From: an uncultured Gammaproteobacteria bacterium
GTDB taxonomy: Bacteria > Pseudomonadota > Gammaproteobacteria > UBA9214
Reading direction: 5' to 3'
Length of the DNA stretch: 64,000 nt
Assembly: GCA_963748215.1 (NCBI GenBank)
Contig: CAVVHS010000009.1
Location: 256,001-320,000 of the forward strand
A program made the translations under genes and the position numbers. The notes beneath the pieces were generated by a model. That model had not been told where the DNA came from, searched no databases, and saw only the letters and a list, made by a program, of their open reading frames with translations. This document shows, in pieces, positions 45,488-55,495 of this stretch (within the stretch, counting starts at the first letter, position 1; each line of letters starts with the position of its first letter).

Positions 45488-46195
45488 ATGGCGACGGACA
45501 TGTCGTTTTTCCACCTGATCATGGGTGCCAGCGTGGTCGTCAAGCTGGTCATGCTGCTGTTGCTGGGTGTGTCCATGGCGAGCTGGACCATGATCTTCCG
45601 GCGGCGCACGGCACTGAAGGCGGCGCAGGCCGCGGCGGATGAATTCGAGGACCGCTTCTGGTCGGGCGGCGACCTGTCCGCGCTGTACCGCGAGATCTCC
45701 TCCCGGCCCGTGGACGCTATCGGTATGGCCGGCATCTTCCAGGCCGGCTTCAGCGAGTTCGCGCGCCTGCGCAAGCAGACCGGCAGCGACGCGCGCAGCG
45801 TGGTGGAGGGCGCGCAGCGCGTCATGCGCGTGGTGCTGTCACGCGAGACCGACGACCTCGAGACGCACCTGTCGTTTCTCGCCACGGTCGGTTCCACCAG
45901 CCCCTATGTGGGCCTGTTCGGCACGGTGTGGGGCATCATGAATTCGTTCCGCGGACTCGGCAACGCGCAGCAGGCGACGCTGTCGATGGTTGCGCCCGGC
46001 ATCGCCGAGGCGCTGATCGCGACCGCCATGGGCCTGTTCGCCGCCATCCCCGCGGTGATCGCCTACAACCGCTACTCCAACGACGTGGAGCGGCTGATCA
46101 ACCGCTACGACAATTTTCTGGAAGAGTTCTCCACCATCCTGCAACGCCAGGTGCACGTACCGGCAGCAGAGGGTGGTCGCCGGATGACCGATTAA
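45488..46195 (+). CDS. tolQ: TolQ
   Basis: FLATVGSTSPYVGLFGTVWGIM, PGIAEALIATA. Confidence 0.97.
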   Translation: MATDMSFFHLIMGASVVVKLVMLLLLGVSMASWTMIFRRRTALKAAQAAADEFEDRFWSGGDLSALYREISSRPVDAIGMAGIFQAGFSEFARLRKQTGSDARSVVEGAQRVMRVVLSRETDDLETHLSFLATVGSTSPYVGLFGTVWGIMNSFRGLGNAQQATLSMVAPGIAEALIATAMGLFAAIPAVIAYNRYSNDVERLINRYDNFLEEFSTILQRQVHVPAAEGGRRMTD

Positions 46196-46621
46196 ATGGC
46201 ACGACACCGCGTTCGCAAGAAGCCCATGGCCGATATCAACGTCGTGCCCTACATCGACGTGATGCTGGTGATGCTGGTCATTTTCATGGTGACCGCGCCG
46301 CTGCTCACCCAGGGCGTGAGCGTGGAGTTGCCACAGGCGGATGCCGAGCCGGTGCCGGACCCGGACAATGAACCGCTGGTGGTCAGCGTCGATGCCGCCG
46401 GCCGCCTGTACCTGAACGTGGGCGATGCGCCCGAGTCGCCGGTCGACGGCGCCACGCTGGTCAACAATATCTCGGCCGTGCTGCGCCGCCAGCCCGGCAA
46501 GAGTGTATTGATACGCGGCGATCACAGCGTGGATTACGGTGCGGTGGTTGGGGCGCTGGTGCTGCTGCAGCAGGCGGATATCCCCAAGGTCGGCCTGGTC
46601 ACGGAACCGCCGGAGCGTTGA
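46196..46621 (+). CDS. tolR: TolR
   Basis: INVVPYIDVMLV, FMVTAPL. Confidence 0.96.
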   Translation: MARHRVRKKPMADINVVPYIDVMLVMLVIFMVTAPLLTQGVSVELPQADAEPVPDPDNEPLVVSVDAAGRLYLNVGDAPESPVDGATLVNNISAVLRRQPGKSVLIRGDHSVDYGAVVGALVLLQQADIPKVGLVTEPPER

Positions 46622-46630
46622 TCGCAGTTT

Positions 46631-47506
46631 ATGTGGAAGGCGATACGCGAGAATCCACGCGCCGTGACCTATGCGGTGCTCATGCACCTGGTGTTGCTGG
46701 CATTGCTGGTGATTGGCCTGGACTGGACGCCGAAGGTGACGGCGCCGCCGGGTGTGAAGATACCGATCGAGGCCGAGCTGGTTACCGAGGACCCGCTCAG
46801 GCAGATCGAGCAGCGCAAGCAGGAAGAGCAGCGCAAACTCGACGAACAGCGCAAGCAGGAACGGCTCGCGCAGGAAAAGGCCGCCGCCGAGGCGAAACAG
46901 AAGGCGGAGACCGAGGCAAAGCAGAAAGCGGAGACCGAGGCAAAGCAGAAAGCGGAAGCCGAGGCAAAGCAGAAAGCGGAAGCCGCGGCGAAGCAGAAGG
47001 CCGAAACCGAGGCGAAACTGAAGGCCGCCGCCGAGGCGAAACAGAAGGCCGAGGCCGCGGCGAAACAGAAGGCCGAGGCAGAGGCGAAAAAGAAGGCGGC
47101 AGCCGAGGCAAAACAAAAGGCCGCTGCAGAGGCAAAACGCAAGGCCGAGGAAACGGCACGCCACGAGGCGGAGGCCGCGCTGCAGGCGCAGTTGCAGGAA
47201 GAGGCGGAACAGCGCCGCGCGCTGAGTGAGCTGGAGAAATTCGTGCCGTATATCCAGCAAAAGGTGCAGCGCAACTGGATCCGCCCGCCCGGCAGTCCCG
47301 AGGGACTGGTGTGCGTGGTGAACGTGCGCCTGATACCGGGCGGTGAAGTGGTCAGCGCCCGCGTGGTGCAGAGCAGCGGCGACCCGGTGTTCGACCGATC
47401 GGTGGAATCCGCGGTGCTGAAGGCATCGCCACTGCCCATGCCCGAGGATGCGACGCTGTTCAAACATTTCCGCGAAATCAATTTCAAATTCAATCCAGGA
47501 CGATAG
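46631..47506 (+). CDS. tolA: TolA
   Basis: TM with SHLS-like His, Lys/Ala/Glu helical repeats, TonB-like C-terminal domain. Confidence 0.93.
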   Translation: MWKAIRENPRAVTYAVLMHLVLLALLVIGLDWTPKVTAPPGVKIPIEAELVTEDPLRQIEQRKQEEQRKLDEQRKQERLAQEKAAAEAKQKAETEAKQKAETEAKQKAEAEAKQKAEAAAKQKAETEAKLKAAAEAKQKAEAAAKQKAEAEAKKKAAAEAKQKAAAEAKRKAEETARHEAEAALQAQLQEEAEQRRALSELEKFVPYIQQKVQRNWIRPPGSPEGLVCVVNVRLIPGGEVVSARVVQSSGDPVFDRSVESAVLKASPLPMPEDATLFKHFREINFKFNPGR

Positions 47507-47520
47507 GAACCAAACCCATC

Positions 47521-48813
47521 ATGCAAGTCAGACGATTCACTGCACTGTTGCTGTTATTGCTCATCACCGGTCCGGCGCACAGCGCGCTCACCATCGAGAT
47601 CACCCAGGGTGTGGAGGGCGCGGTGCCGATCGCCGTGGTGCCGTTCGGCTGGGCGGCGGCCGGGCCGGCCCCCGAGAACATCTCCGCCATTATCGGCGCC
47701 GACCTCGACCGCAGCGGGCGCTTCGAATCGCTGCCGGACCGTGACCTGGTGGCGCACCCGACCGAGGCCACGCAGGTGCAGTACCAGAACTGGCGCATGG
47801 TGAACGTCGACTACCTGGTGATCGGCAAGATCACGCCGACCGGTGGCGGTAACTACGAGGTGCAGTTCCAGCTGTTCGACGTATTCCGTGGCAAACAGCT
47901 GATCGGCTACAGTTTCCCGACTGCGCAGGGCGACCTCAGGCGCGTGGCGCACCACATCAGCGATCTCATCTACAAGGCGATCACCGGCGAGCGCGGCGCA
48001 TTCAACACCCAGGTGGCCTACGTCACCACCAGCGGCAGCGGCAAGAACAAGACCTACACCCTGCTGGTGGCCGACTCGGACGGCTATAACCCGCAGACCA
48101 TCCTGAGCTCGCAGCAGCCGCTGATGTCGCCGTCGTGGTCGCCGGACGCGCGCCGCGTGGCCTACGTGACATTCGAAAACAAGACCGCCGAGATCTACAC
48201 CCAGGAGATCGGCACCGGCGCGCGCCGCAAGCTCGCCTCGTTCAAGGGCATTAACGGCGCGCCATCCTGGTCGCCGGACGGCCGGCGCCTGGCGCTGACG
48301 CTGTCCCGTGACGGCAACCCGGAGATCTACGTCATGGAGGTGAACGGTGGCAACCTGCGGCGACTGACCAGCAACGCCGCCATCGACACCGAGCCGACCT
48401 GGATGCCGGACGGCAATAGCATCGTGTTCACCTCTGACCGCGGCGGCTCGGCGCAGCTGTACCGCATGCCGGCCTCGGGCGGGGCGGCGCAGCGCCTGAC
48501 CTTCGAGGGAAAATACAATGCCGGTGCTGATGTCTCGCCGGACGGGAGTAAAATCGCGCTGGTACACGGTGAGGGCGGTCGTTACCGGATTGCCGTGTAT
48601 GACCTGCAGACGCGGCGCATGCGCATTCTGACCGACGGCAGCCTGGACGAATCCCCCAGTTTCGCACCCAACGGCAGTATGATTATCTATGCCACCAGCG
48701 CCGGCAACCGCGAGGTGCTGGCCGCGGTGTCGGTGGACGGGCGCTTCAAGCAGCGCCTGACGCTGCAGGCAGGCAACGTGCGCGAACCGGTGTGGTCCCC
48801 GTTCGCGGATTAA
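47521..48813 (+). CDS. tolB: TolB beta-propeller protein
   Basis: Signal peptide, ADSDG, PSWSPDG repeats, ESPSFAPNG. Confidence 0.97.
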   Translation: MQVRRFTALLLLLLITGPAHSALTIEITQGVEGAVPIAVVPFGWAAAGPAPENISAIIGADLDRSGRFESLPDRDLVAHPTEATQVQYQNWRMVNVDYLVIGKITPTGGGNYEVQFQLFDVFRGKQLIGYSFPTAQGDLRRVAHHISDLIYKAITGERGAFNTQVAYVTTSGSGKNKTYTLLVADSDGYNPQTILSSQQPLMSPSWSPDARRVAYVTFENKTAEIYTQEIGTGARRKLASFKGINGAPSWSPDGRRLALTLSRDGNPEIYVMEVNGGNLRRLTSNAAIDTEPTWMPDGNSIVFTSDRGGSAQLYRMPASGGAAQRLTFEGKYNAGADVSPDGSKIALVHGEGGRYRIAVYDLQTRRMRILTDGSLDESPSFAPNGSMIIYATSAGNREVLAAVSVDGRFKQRLTLQAGNVREPVWSPFAD

Positions 48814-48819
48814 TAAATT

Positions 48820-48867
48820 GCAGGGTGCGCTCTGCGCACCATAGCCGGTGCGTGAAACGCACCCTGC
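48820..48867. repeat. REP doublet just after the tolB stop
   Basis: GCAGGGTGCGCTCTGCGCACC-ATAGCC-GGTGCGTGAAACGCACCCTGC. Confidence 0.85.
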
Positions 48868-48968
48868 ATTCCAACCCCCTCACCCTGGGGGAGAAGGGGT
48901 ATGTGGCAGCAGAGAATTTGCACATGGTTTTTAATTCACTTGATGGGTATTAACCCGGGAGCAATGCA

Positions 48969-49493
48969 ATGATGTACAAGATGAGCAAGTTGTTGGTCGT
49001 GATGCTGGTGGCGGTACTGGTCGGCTGCAGTTCCAAGGGCGGGCCGCAGGGCGGTGCCTCGGTCGAAGACCGCAGCATGGGTGCCGAGGGTGGTGTCGCG
49101 ACCAGCGGTGCGGCCGGTGCGAGCAGTTTCGACAGCTATTCACTGAATGATCCTAACAGTCCGCTGGCGCGCCGCGTGATCTACTTCGATTACGACAGCG
49201 CCGAGATCACCGCGGCCGACCAGGATACGTTGCTGGCGCACGCGTCCTACCTGGCCGCCAATCCGGGCCAGTACATCGCGCTGGAAGGCAATACCGATGA
49301 GCGTGGTTCTCGCGAGTACAACATCGCACTGGGCGACCGCCGCGCACTGTCGGTGCAGCGCGTGCTGGAGCTGAACGGCGTCGGTGCCGGCCAGGTGTCC
49401 GTGGTGAGTTACGGTGAGGAGAAGCCGGCCGCCGAAGGTCACAGTGAGGCCGCCTGGCGTCTGAACCGTCGCGTCGAGATCGTTTATCAGTGA
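48969..49493 (+). CDS. pal: Peptidoglycan-associated lipoprotein
   Basis: Lipobox LVGC, IYFDYD, EGNTDERGSREYNIALG, NRRV. Confidence 0.97.
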   Translation: MMYKMSKLLVVMLVAVLVGCSSKGGPQGGASVEDRSMGAEGGVATSGAAGASSFDSYSLNDPNSPLARRVIYFDYDSAEITAADQDTLLAHASYLAANPGQYIALEGNTDERGSREYNIALGDRRALSVQRVLELNGVGAGQVSVVSYGEEKPAAEGHSEAAWRLNRRVEIVYQ

Positions 49494-50335
49494 TGATCGT
49501 AGAGCGCAACAAGCTAATGAAGTCCCTGGCAGTGGCGGCCGTGCTGATGGCCGCCGCCGCTGGTGGTTCACCCGTGCTGGCCGCCTCGGTGCAGGATCGG
49601 CTCGACAACATCGAGCGCAAGCTGGACGCGCGCGGGCTGGTCGACATGCTGAACCGCATTGACCAGTTGCAGCGCGATCTACGGCAGCTGCGCGGCACCC
49701 TCGAGCTGCAGGCCAACACGATGGAAGACATCAAGCGCCAGCAGCGCGAGCAGTACATGGACATCGACCGCCGCCTGTTGCAACTCGAAACCGGACAGGC
49801 CGGCGTACTGCCGGGTGCGATGCCCGGCGACGGCGGTGGCATGGCGCCGGTGCTGATGCCGCCAGCCGGTACGCCACCCATGGTCAGTGCGCCACCGGCC
49901 AGTGCACCACCGGTCAGTGCACCGCCGGCGGCGGCACCGGTCGATCCGGCGCTGGCCCAGGCCGAGTACGATACCGCGCTGGCGGTCCTGCGCGAGGGAC
50001 GTTACGCGGACGCCGCGCTGGCGTTCAAGCAGTTCCTCAATAACCACCCGGGCAGCTCGCTCGCAGACAATGCGAACTACTGGCTGGGCGAGACCTACTA
50101 TGTTACGCGTGACTTCGACCAGGCCATGGCCACGTTCAGTGGGCTGGTGACGAACTACCCGCAAAGCCCGAAGGTCGCCGACAGTCGCCTGAAGCTGGGT
50201 TTTATCTACTTCGAGAAAGCGGACTGGAAGAAGGCCCGCGCCGAACTCGAGGGCGTGGTGAGCGCATTCCCGGCCTCGACCGCGGCCCGCCTCGCCAACG
50301 ACCGTCTCGCGCGCATGAAGAAGGAAGGTCACTGA
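49490..50335 (+). CDS. cpoB: Tol-pal protein CpoB (YbgF)
   Basis: Coiled-coil N-terminus, QREQYMDIDRRL, TPRs (ANYWLGETYY). Confidence 0.93.
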   Translation: MMIVERNKLMKSLAVAAVLMAAAAGGSPVLAASVQDRLDNIERKLDARGLVDMLNRIDQLQRDLRQLRGTLELQANTMEDIKRQQREQYMDIDRRLLQLETGQAGVLPGAMPGDGGGMAPVLMPPAGTPPMVSAPPASAPPVSAPPAAAPVDPALAQAEYDTALAVLREGRYADAALAFKQFLNNHPGSSLADNANYWLGETYYVTRDFDQAMATFSGLVTNYPQSPKVADSRLKLGFIYFEKADWKKARAELEGVVSAFPASTAARLANDRLARMKKEGH

Positions 50336-50369
50336 GGGCGAGCGGTGTAAATCAATATCGCGCTTGAGA

Positions 50370-50790
50370 AGCGCTCCTGCAAAACCGGTTTACTCTGCAG
50401 GTACGGCGTCCATCCACAATACCTGTCCCAACCGAACCTTGTAGGAGCGGATCTCATCCGCGACAAACACTCCCGCCCGATCCTGCAGGAGTAACGCAGG
50501 ATAAGGTGAGCTCGCAAACCGCATCAATCGAAGTCGGCTTGCCTGTTGAAGAGGATGCTATCCGCGAATGGTCCTCGCGCAGATACGCAGAGCCGCAGAG
50601 AAGACAAATCATGGCGTGGGTTGAGTGTCAGAGACAAAATCGCCGGGAGTGATTTTGAGAACCGCAGGTTGGCCCAAAGGGCGTAGGCCATGGATGGGCT
50701 CCGCAAACCCGGGTTTCACTCCGTTCAATCCAGGCTACCCGCTGAAAATAGCTCGCACAAAGACGCCAGGGCACGAAGAAAACCAGGGGT
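50370..50790. repeat. Mosaic repeat cluster between cpoB and queE
   Basis: GTAGGAGCGGATCTCATCCGCGA (50441), CGCAGATACGCAGAGCCGCAGAG (50578), hairpin CAAAATCGC-CGGGA-GTGATTTTG (50635), inverted GTAGCCTGGATTGAA.. REP ending 50738. Confidence 0.65.
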
Positions 50791-50968
50791 ATCTGCAGGA
50801 GCAGGCCGCGTCAACGATCTTTGTGTTCAAAAAAGACCGCGCAATATACAGGGATGAATCCCGTAATCCCGCCCAATACCCTGACGGCGTGATAAACCCC
50901 GGCTGCAAGGCCTGATAGAATCCCCGCTCCGTGTACCACCTTGCGACTAACCCTGCTGCCCGAATCCC

Positions 50969-51619
50969 ATGATCGAAGCCCCGCGCCTGCGCATCACCGA
51001 GATCTTCCATTCCCTGCAGGGGGAATCGGCGACCATCGGCTACCCCACGGTATTTGTGCGCCTGACCGGCTGCCCGCTGCGTTGCGGCTACTGCGATACC
51101 GAATACGCCTTCCAGGGCGGTGAGTGGATGTCGCTCGACAATATCATCGCGCGGGTGCGGCAATACCGCACCCGCTACGTCACCGTCACCGGCGGCGAGC
51201 CGCTGGCGCAGAGGAACTGCCTGCCGTTGCTGCAACGCCTGTGTGATGACGGCTACCACGTGTCGCTGGAAACCAGCGGTGCACTGGACGTGTCCGGTGT
51301 CGACCCGCGCGTGATCAAGGTCATCGACCTGAAGACGCCGGGTTCCGGCGAGGTGGAACGCAACCTGTACGAAAACATGAACCGGCTGCTTGCCCACGAC
51401 CAGGTCAAGTTCGTCATCTGCGACCGCGCCGACTTCGACTGGTCGGTGGAGATGATGAAACGTTACGATCTCGTCAATCGCTGCGAGGTCGTGTTCTCGC
51501 CGAGCTTCGGCCAGCAGGATGCGACCGAACTCGCCGACTGGATCCTCGCCGAACAGCTGCCGGTGCGCATGCAGGTGCAGCTGCACAAATACTTGTGGGG
51601 TGAGGCGCCGGGGCGCTGA
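50969..51619 (+). CDS. queE: 7-carboxy-7-deazaguanine synthase (radical SAM)
   Basis: EIFHSLQGE, RLTGCPLRCGYCDT, TGGEPL, QVQLHK. Confidence 0.96.
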   Translation: MIEAPRLRITEIFHSLQGESATIGYPTVFVRLTGCPLRCGYCDTEYAFQGGEWMSLDNIIARVRQYRTRYVTVTGGEPLAQRNCLPLLQRLCDDGYHVSLETSGALDVSGVDPRVIKVIDLKTPGSGEVERNLYENMNRLLAHDQVKFVICDRADFDWSVEMMKRYDLVNRCEVVFSPSFGQQDATELADWILAEQLPVRMQVQLHKYLWGEAPGR

Positions 51620-51625
51620 TTGGCT

Positions 51626-52038
51626 GTAGGGTGTTTTTTACGTACCGGGAAAGTCTGTAGGGTGCGTTTCACGCACCAGGGTTGGTGCACGGAGTGCACC
51701 CTACGAAAATGGTTGGCCACGGAACCACATCGAATAACGCGGGATAAATCGCGCATATAGGGTGCGTTTTACGCACCGGGGATGTCTGTGGTGTGCTTTT
51801 CGCGCACCAGGATCGGTGCACGGAGTGCACCCTACGAAAATGGTTGGCCACGGAACCACATCGAATAACGCGGGATAAATCGCGCATGTAGGGTGCGTTT
51901 TACGCACCGGGGATGTCTGTGGTGTGCTTTTCACGCACCAGCATCGGTGCACGGAGTGCACCCTACGAAAACATTGGCCACAGAACCACATGGAATAACG
52001 CGGAATAAATCGCGCATGTAGGGTGCGTTTTACGCACC
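51626..52038. repeat. Tandem array of three 130-131 bp REP-containing units plus a terminal REP (BIME-like)
   Basis: Unit starts at 51626, 51757, 51888, 52018; each unit is REP(+), REP(+), REP(-) and a constant linker. Confidence 0.92.
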
Positions 52039-52138
52039 ATGTATGCTGACGGACGTCGACATGGTCCGCGCGCAAACACATCCTGTATCATTGCCCCATG
52101 CCTGTATGCACTATTACAACTCACTGGACTCGCCTGCA

Positions 52139-52807
52139 ATGAAACCGAAGGCCGTGGTACTGCTCTCCGGCGGGCTTGACTCCGTCACCGTGCTGGCCCT
52201 GGCGCAGCAGCAGGGCTTCGAATGCCATGCACTGAGCCTCGACTACGGCCAGCGCCACGACGCCGAGCTCGCGGCGGCGAAGCGCATTGCCGCCAAGGCC
52301 GGCGTGGAGCACAAGGTTGTCCCCATCGGGCTCGATGTCATTGGTGGTTCGGCACTGACCGACGACGCCATCGCCGTGCCCTTGCAGGCCAGCGAGGGCA
52401 TCCCGGTGACCTACGTGCCGGCGCGCAATACCGTGTTCCTGTCACTGGCGCTGGGCTGGGCCGAGGTGCTCGGCGCCTGGGACGTCTTCATCGGCGTGAA
52501 TGCCGTCGACTACTCCGGCTACCCTGACTGCCGGCCCGAGTACATCGCCGCCTTCGAAACGCTCGCACAGCTGGCGACAAAAGGCGGTGTCGAGGGTGGA
52601 ACCTTCAAAATCCACACGCCCCTGATCGAACTGAGCAAGGCCGAGATCATAAAGACCGGCCTGCGCCTGGGTGTGGATTACACCGACACCGTGTCCTGCT
52701 ATGCCGCGAATGCGCAGGGCCGTGCCTGCGGCAAGTGCGATGCCTGCCGCCTGCGCGCGGCCGGCTTCCGGGCCGCCGGCGTCGCCGACCCCACGCGCTA
52801 CCGGTAA
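52139..52807 (+). CDS. queC: 7-cyano-7-deazaguanine synthase
   Basis: [38 protein letters not shown]. Confidence 0.97.
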   Translation: MKPKAVVLLSGGLDSVTVLALAQQQGFECHALSLDYGQRHDAELAAAKRIAAKAGVEHKVVPIGLDVIGGSALTDDAIAVPLQASEGIPVTYVPARNTVFLSLALGWAEVLGAWDVFIGVNAVDYSGYPDCRPEYIAAFETLAQLATKGGVEGGTFKIHTPLIELSKAEIIKTGLRLGVDYTDTVSCYAANAQGRACGKCDACRLRAAGFRAAGVADPTRYR

Positions 52808-52810
52808 ACC

Positions 52811-52927
52811 AGAGGAACCTCTGGTTAATTCACTCATCGTCATCCCGGCGCATGCCGGGATCCAGTGTTTTCGATAACCTGGATGCCGGCCTTCGCCGGC
52901 ATGACGAATTAAGTCAGAGATTCCCTA
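52811..52927. repeat. Nested palindromic element: CGTC-type REP doublet inside imperfect outer inverted repeats
   Basis: CGTCATCCCGGCGCATGCCGGGATCCAG ... CTGGATGCCGGCCTTCGCCGGCATGACG, flanked by GGAACCTCTGGTTAATTC and GAATTAAGTCAGAGATTCC. Confidence 0.8.
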
Positions 52928-52950
52928 AAAAACGCGCATTGGGCGCAGCT

Positions 52951-53014
52951 ATAGGAGCCCATCGCATGCGCGAACAATGTCGCCGATTCGTTCGTGGACG
53001 CGGTCCGCTCCTAC
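52951..53014. repeat. Degenerate GTAGGAGC-type REP doublet
   Basis: ATAGGAGCCCATCGCATGCGCGAA...TTCGTGGACGCGGTCCGCTCCTAC; similar to 42071..42135. Confidence 0.7.
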
Positions 53015-53199
53015 AAGCGTCGATCAGCTGGCACATGCCCGCATTACCCGATACACTTTCCCCCTGGTATCAAACCCATAACACCCGCACCCGACGCGCC
53101 GACGGTCCAACCCCGGGCAGAGGGGCGCACGACAACACAAATACGGGTGCGGCCGGTTCGGCCGGCAGCGCGCATGCCAGTCACCCGCGGGAGCGCAGC

Positions 53200-54464
53200 A
53201 TGACATTCGAATCCTTCATCGAGGCCCAATCGTTCTTTTTATGGTCGACGTTTATCATTGCGCTGATCATGGGCGCCATCGTCAACAAGACCAACTTCTG
53301 TACTATGGGCGCGGTGTCCGACCTGGTGAACATCGGCGACTCGGGCCGCTTCCGCGCCTGGCTGCTGGCGATCGCCGTGGCCGTGCTTGGCGTGGTGGTG
53401 CTTGAACACTACGGATTCGCACAGCCCGGCAAGGCGTTCCCGCCGTACCGCGCCGGGCAACTGGCCTGGGCCGAGAATATCCTCGGCGGCGTGCTGTTCG
53501 GCATCGGCATGACGCTGGCCAGCGGCTGCGGCAACAAGTGCCTGATCCGAATCGGCGGCGGCAACCTCAAGTCGATCATGGTGATGATCGTGATCGGCGT
53601 GATCGCATACTTCATGATCAACCCGTTCCCGGGCAGCGACCAGACGCTTTACACCGTGCTGTTCTACAAGTGGCTCAGCCCGCTCGCCGTGAACGTCGGT
53701 GCCAGCCAGGATCTCGGTGCGCTGGTGAGCGCGGAGTCGAACGGCCATGGCGCGGCTGATCATCGGTGGCGTGCTCGGCCTGCTGCTGCTGGTCATCGTG
53801 TTCAAATCTGCTGAATTCCGCGCAAGCGTCGGACAACATCCTCGGCGGGCTGGCAGTCGGGCTGGCCGTGCTGGGCGCCTGGTACGTGACCAGCAACATC
53901 CAGATCGATGCCGACGGTGAGCTGATGTCGTTGAGTGGTTACTATGACCAGTGGGACATGTACGCGGACTCGAACGAGGGCAAGCCCAGCCAGGGCCGGC
54001 CACTCAGCCCGCAGTCGTTCACCTTCATCAGCCCGATGGGCCAGACCGTCGGCTACGCCGCCGGCAAGTTCAATCCCTCCCTGCTGACCTTCGGCGTGAT
54101 GGCGTTCCTCGGTGTGCTGGGCGGCTCGCTGTTGTGGTCGCTACTGAGCCGCAGCTTCCGCATCGAATGGTTCAGCTCGTTCGGCGATTTCGTCAACCAC
54201 CTGGTCGGCGCCATCCTGATGGGCTTCGGCGGCGTGCTCGCACTCGGCTGCACCATAGGTCAGGGAATCACAGGCATCTCGACGCTGGCGCTCGGTTCGT
54301 TCCTGACCTTCGGCGCCATCGTGCTGGGCAGCGCGCTGACCATGAAGGTGCAGTACTACCGCATGGTGTACGAGGCGGAGGCCGGCTTTGGCAAGGCACT
54401 GGTGGCCTCGCTGGCGGATATGCACCTGCTGCCCGACGGCCTGCGAAGGCTCGACAAGGTCTAG
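53200..54464 (+). CDS. YeeE/YedE family sulfur-compound (thiosulfate) transporter; two frameshifts near 53740 and 53830
   Basis: KTNFCTMG, GMTLASGCG, GGVLALGCTIGQG conserved Cys motifs. Confidence 0.9.
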
Positions 54465-54495
54465 CTGCAAATCAACGACTTGGCAGGCCCGGGGC

Positions 54496-54523
54496 TTGCC
54501 ATTTCAGGGGGGCAGGGTATGAT
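54496..54523 (+). promoter_or_regulatory. Sigma-70 promoter of tRNA-Lys
   Basis: TTGCCA-N16-TATGAT followed by a GC-rich discriminator. Confidence 0.7.
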
Positions 54524-54570
54524 GCCAGCGTCCTGTTCAGGACGCCCATCGACGCACGTCAATCGAATAC

Positions 54571-54646
54571 GGGTCGTTAGCTCAGTTGGTAGAGCACCGG
54601 ACTTTTAATCCGATGGTCGTTGGTTCGAATCCAACACGACCCACCA
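54571..54646 (+). tRNA. tRNA-Lys (UUU)
   Basis: GGGTCGT acceptor stem, TAGCTCAGTTGGTAGAGC D-arm, anticodon loop CTTTTAA, GTTCGAATCC T-arm, encoded CCA; 76 nt. Confidence 0.98.
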
Positions 54647-54689
54647 TTAAATCAATCAGTTACCTCTGATTTTCCAAATCAGTAAAAAC

Positions 54690-54947
54690 TGATTGTGGGG
54701 ATTTTGCGGGGATTAACCGTAAACCTTCCTCGTTGGTAAAATTTCGCCTGTAATAAAATCAATTGGTTGCACGTTAGTAACAGACTCGAACCGTTATTCT
54801 CTGGACCAAAAATCCGATGCTCGTATAAACACGCAGATGTTGTGAAAAATGCATGAGTTTTATCTCGAACTCCATGACATGCATGTATAGATCAATGACT
54901 GTGGTACAGATATGTAACCCGCCATTCAATGCTTAACCACTATCGCT
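54690..54947 (+). repeat. 258 bp direct repeat, copy 1
   Basis: Identical by eye to 62066..62323. Confidence 0.95.
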
Positions 54948-54961
54948 GGAGGAGAGCCTGT

Positions 54962-55390
54962 ATGAAGAAGATCAAGGAGGTTTTGGATGCCAAGGGTCGT
55001 GATGTACTGTCGATTGCCCCGGAGGCCTCTGTATACGAAGCCGTCACTCTCATGGCCGAGCGGGGAGTCGGGGCGCTGCTGGTGATGGAGGGTGACAGGT
55101 TCGTCGGCCTGGTTGGCGAAAGGGATTGTCTGTTGAAGGTGATGCTGGAAGACCGATCCCCGCGAGAGACCGAGGTCAAACAATTAATGGCGAAAAATAT
55201 TCTCTGCGTCAAACCCGAGCAGACGGTGGAGGAAGGGATGGCCTTGATGACCGATAAAAGAATCCGCCATCTACCGGTCGTCAAAGGAGATCGGGTGGAA
55301 GGCATCATTTCCATCGGTGACCTGGTCAAGGCGATTATTGCCGACCAGCAGTTTGTGATTAAACAGCTGGAACACTACGTCACCAGCTGA
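54962..55390 (+). CDS. CBS-domain pair protein
   Basis: MAERGVGALLV, MTDKRIRHLPVV, GIISIGDLVK; GGAGGAG RBS. Confidence 0.92.
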   Translation: MKKIKEVLDAKGRDVLSIAPEASVYEAVTLMAERGVGALLVMEGDRFVGLVGERDCLLKVMLEDRSPRETEVKQLMAKNILCVKPEQTVEEGMALMTDKRIRHLPVVKGDRVEGIISIGDLVKAIIADQQFVIKQLEHYVTS

Positions 55391-55495
55391 CTCAAGGCTG
55401 AACGCGCTCTAAAGCCGTACATGTCCGGGTTCGATGCCTGGAAAAAGCAATGCCGAGGCTGCCATCACCGTGACCACGGCCAGGAACACCAGCAG

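Noticed and set aside
46860-47160. 24 bp-period repeats in tolA
   Set aside because: Normal Lys/Ala-rich helical domain II of TolA.
51626-52038. CRISPR array
   Set aside because: Intervening sequences are near-identical rather than unique spacers, the period is 131 bp, repeats are GTAG REPs, and there are no cas genes.
52039-52138. preQ1 riboswitch upstream of queC
   Set aside because: No recognisable preQ1 stem-loop with A-rich tail; a covariance search would be needed to exclude it fully.
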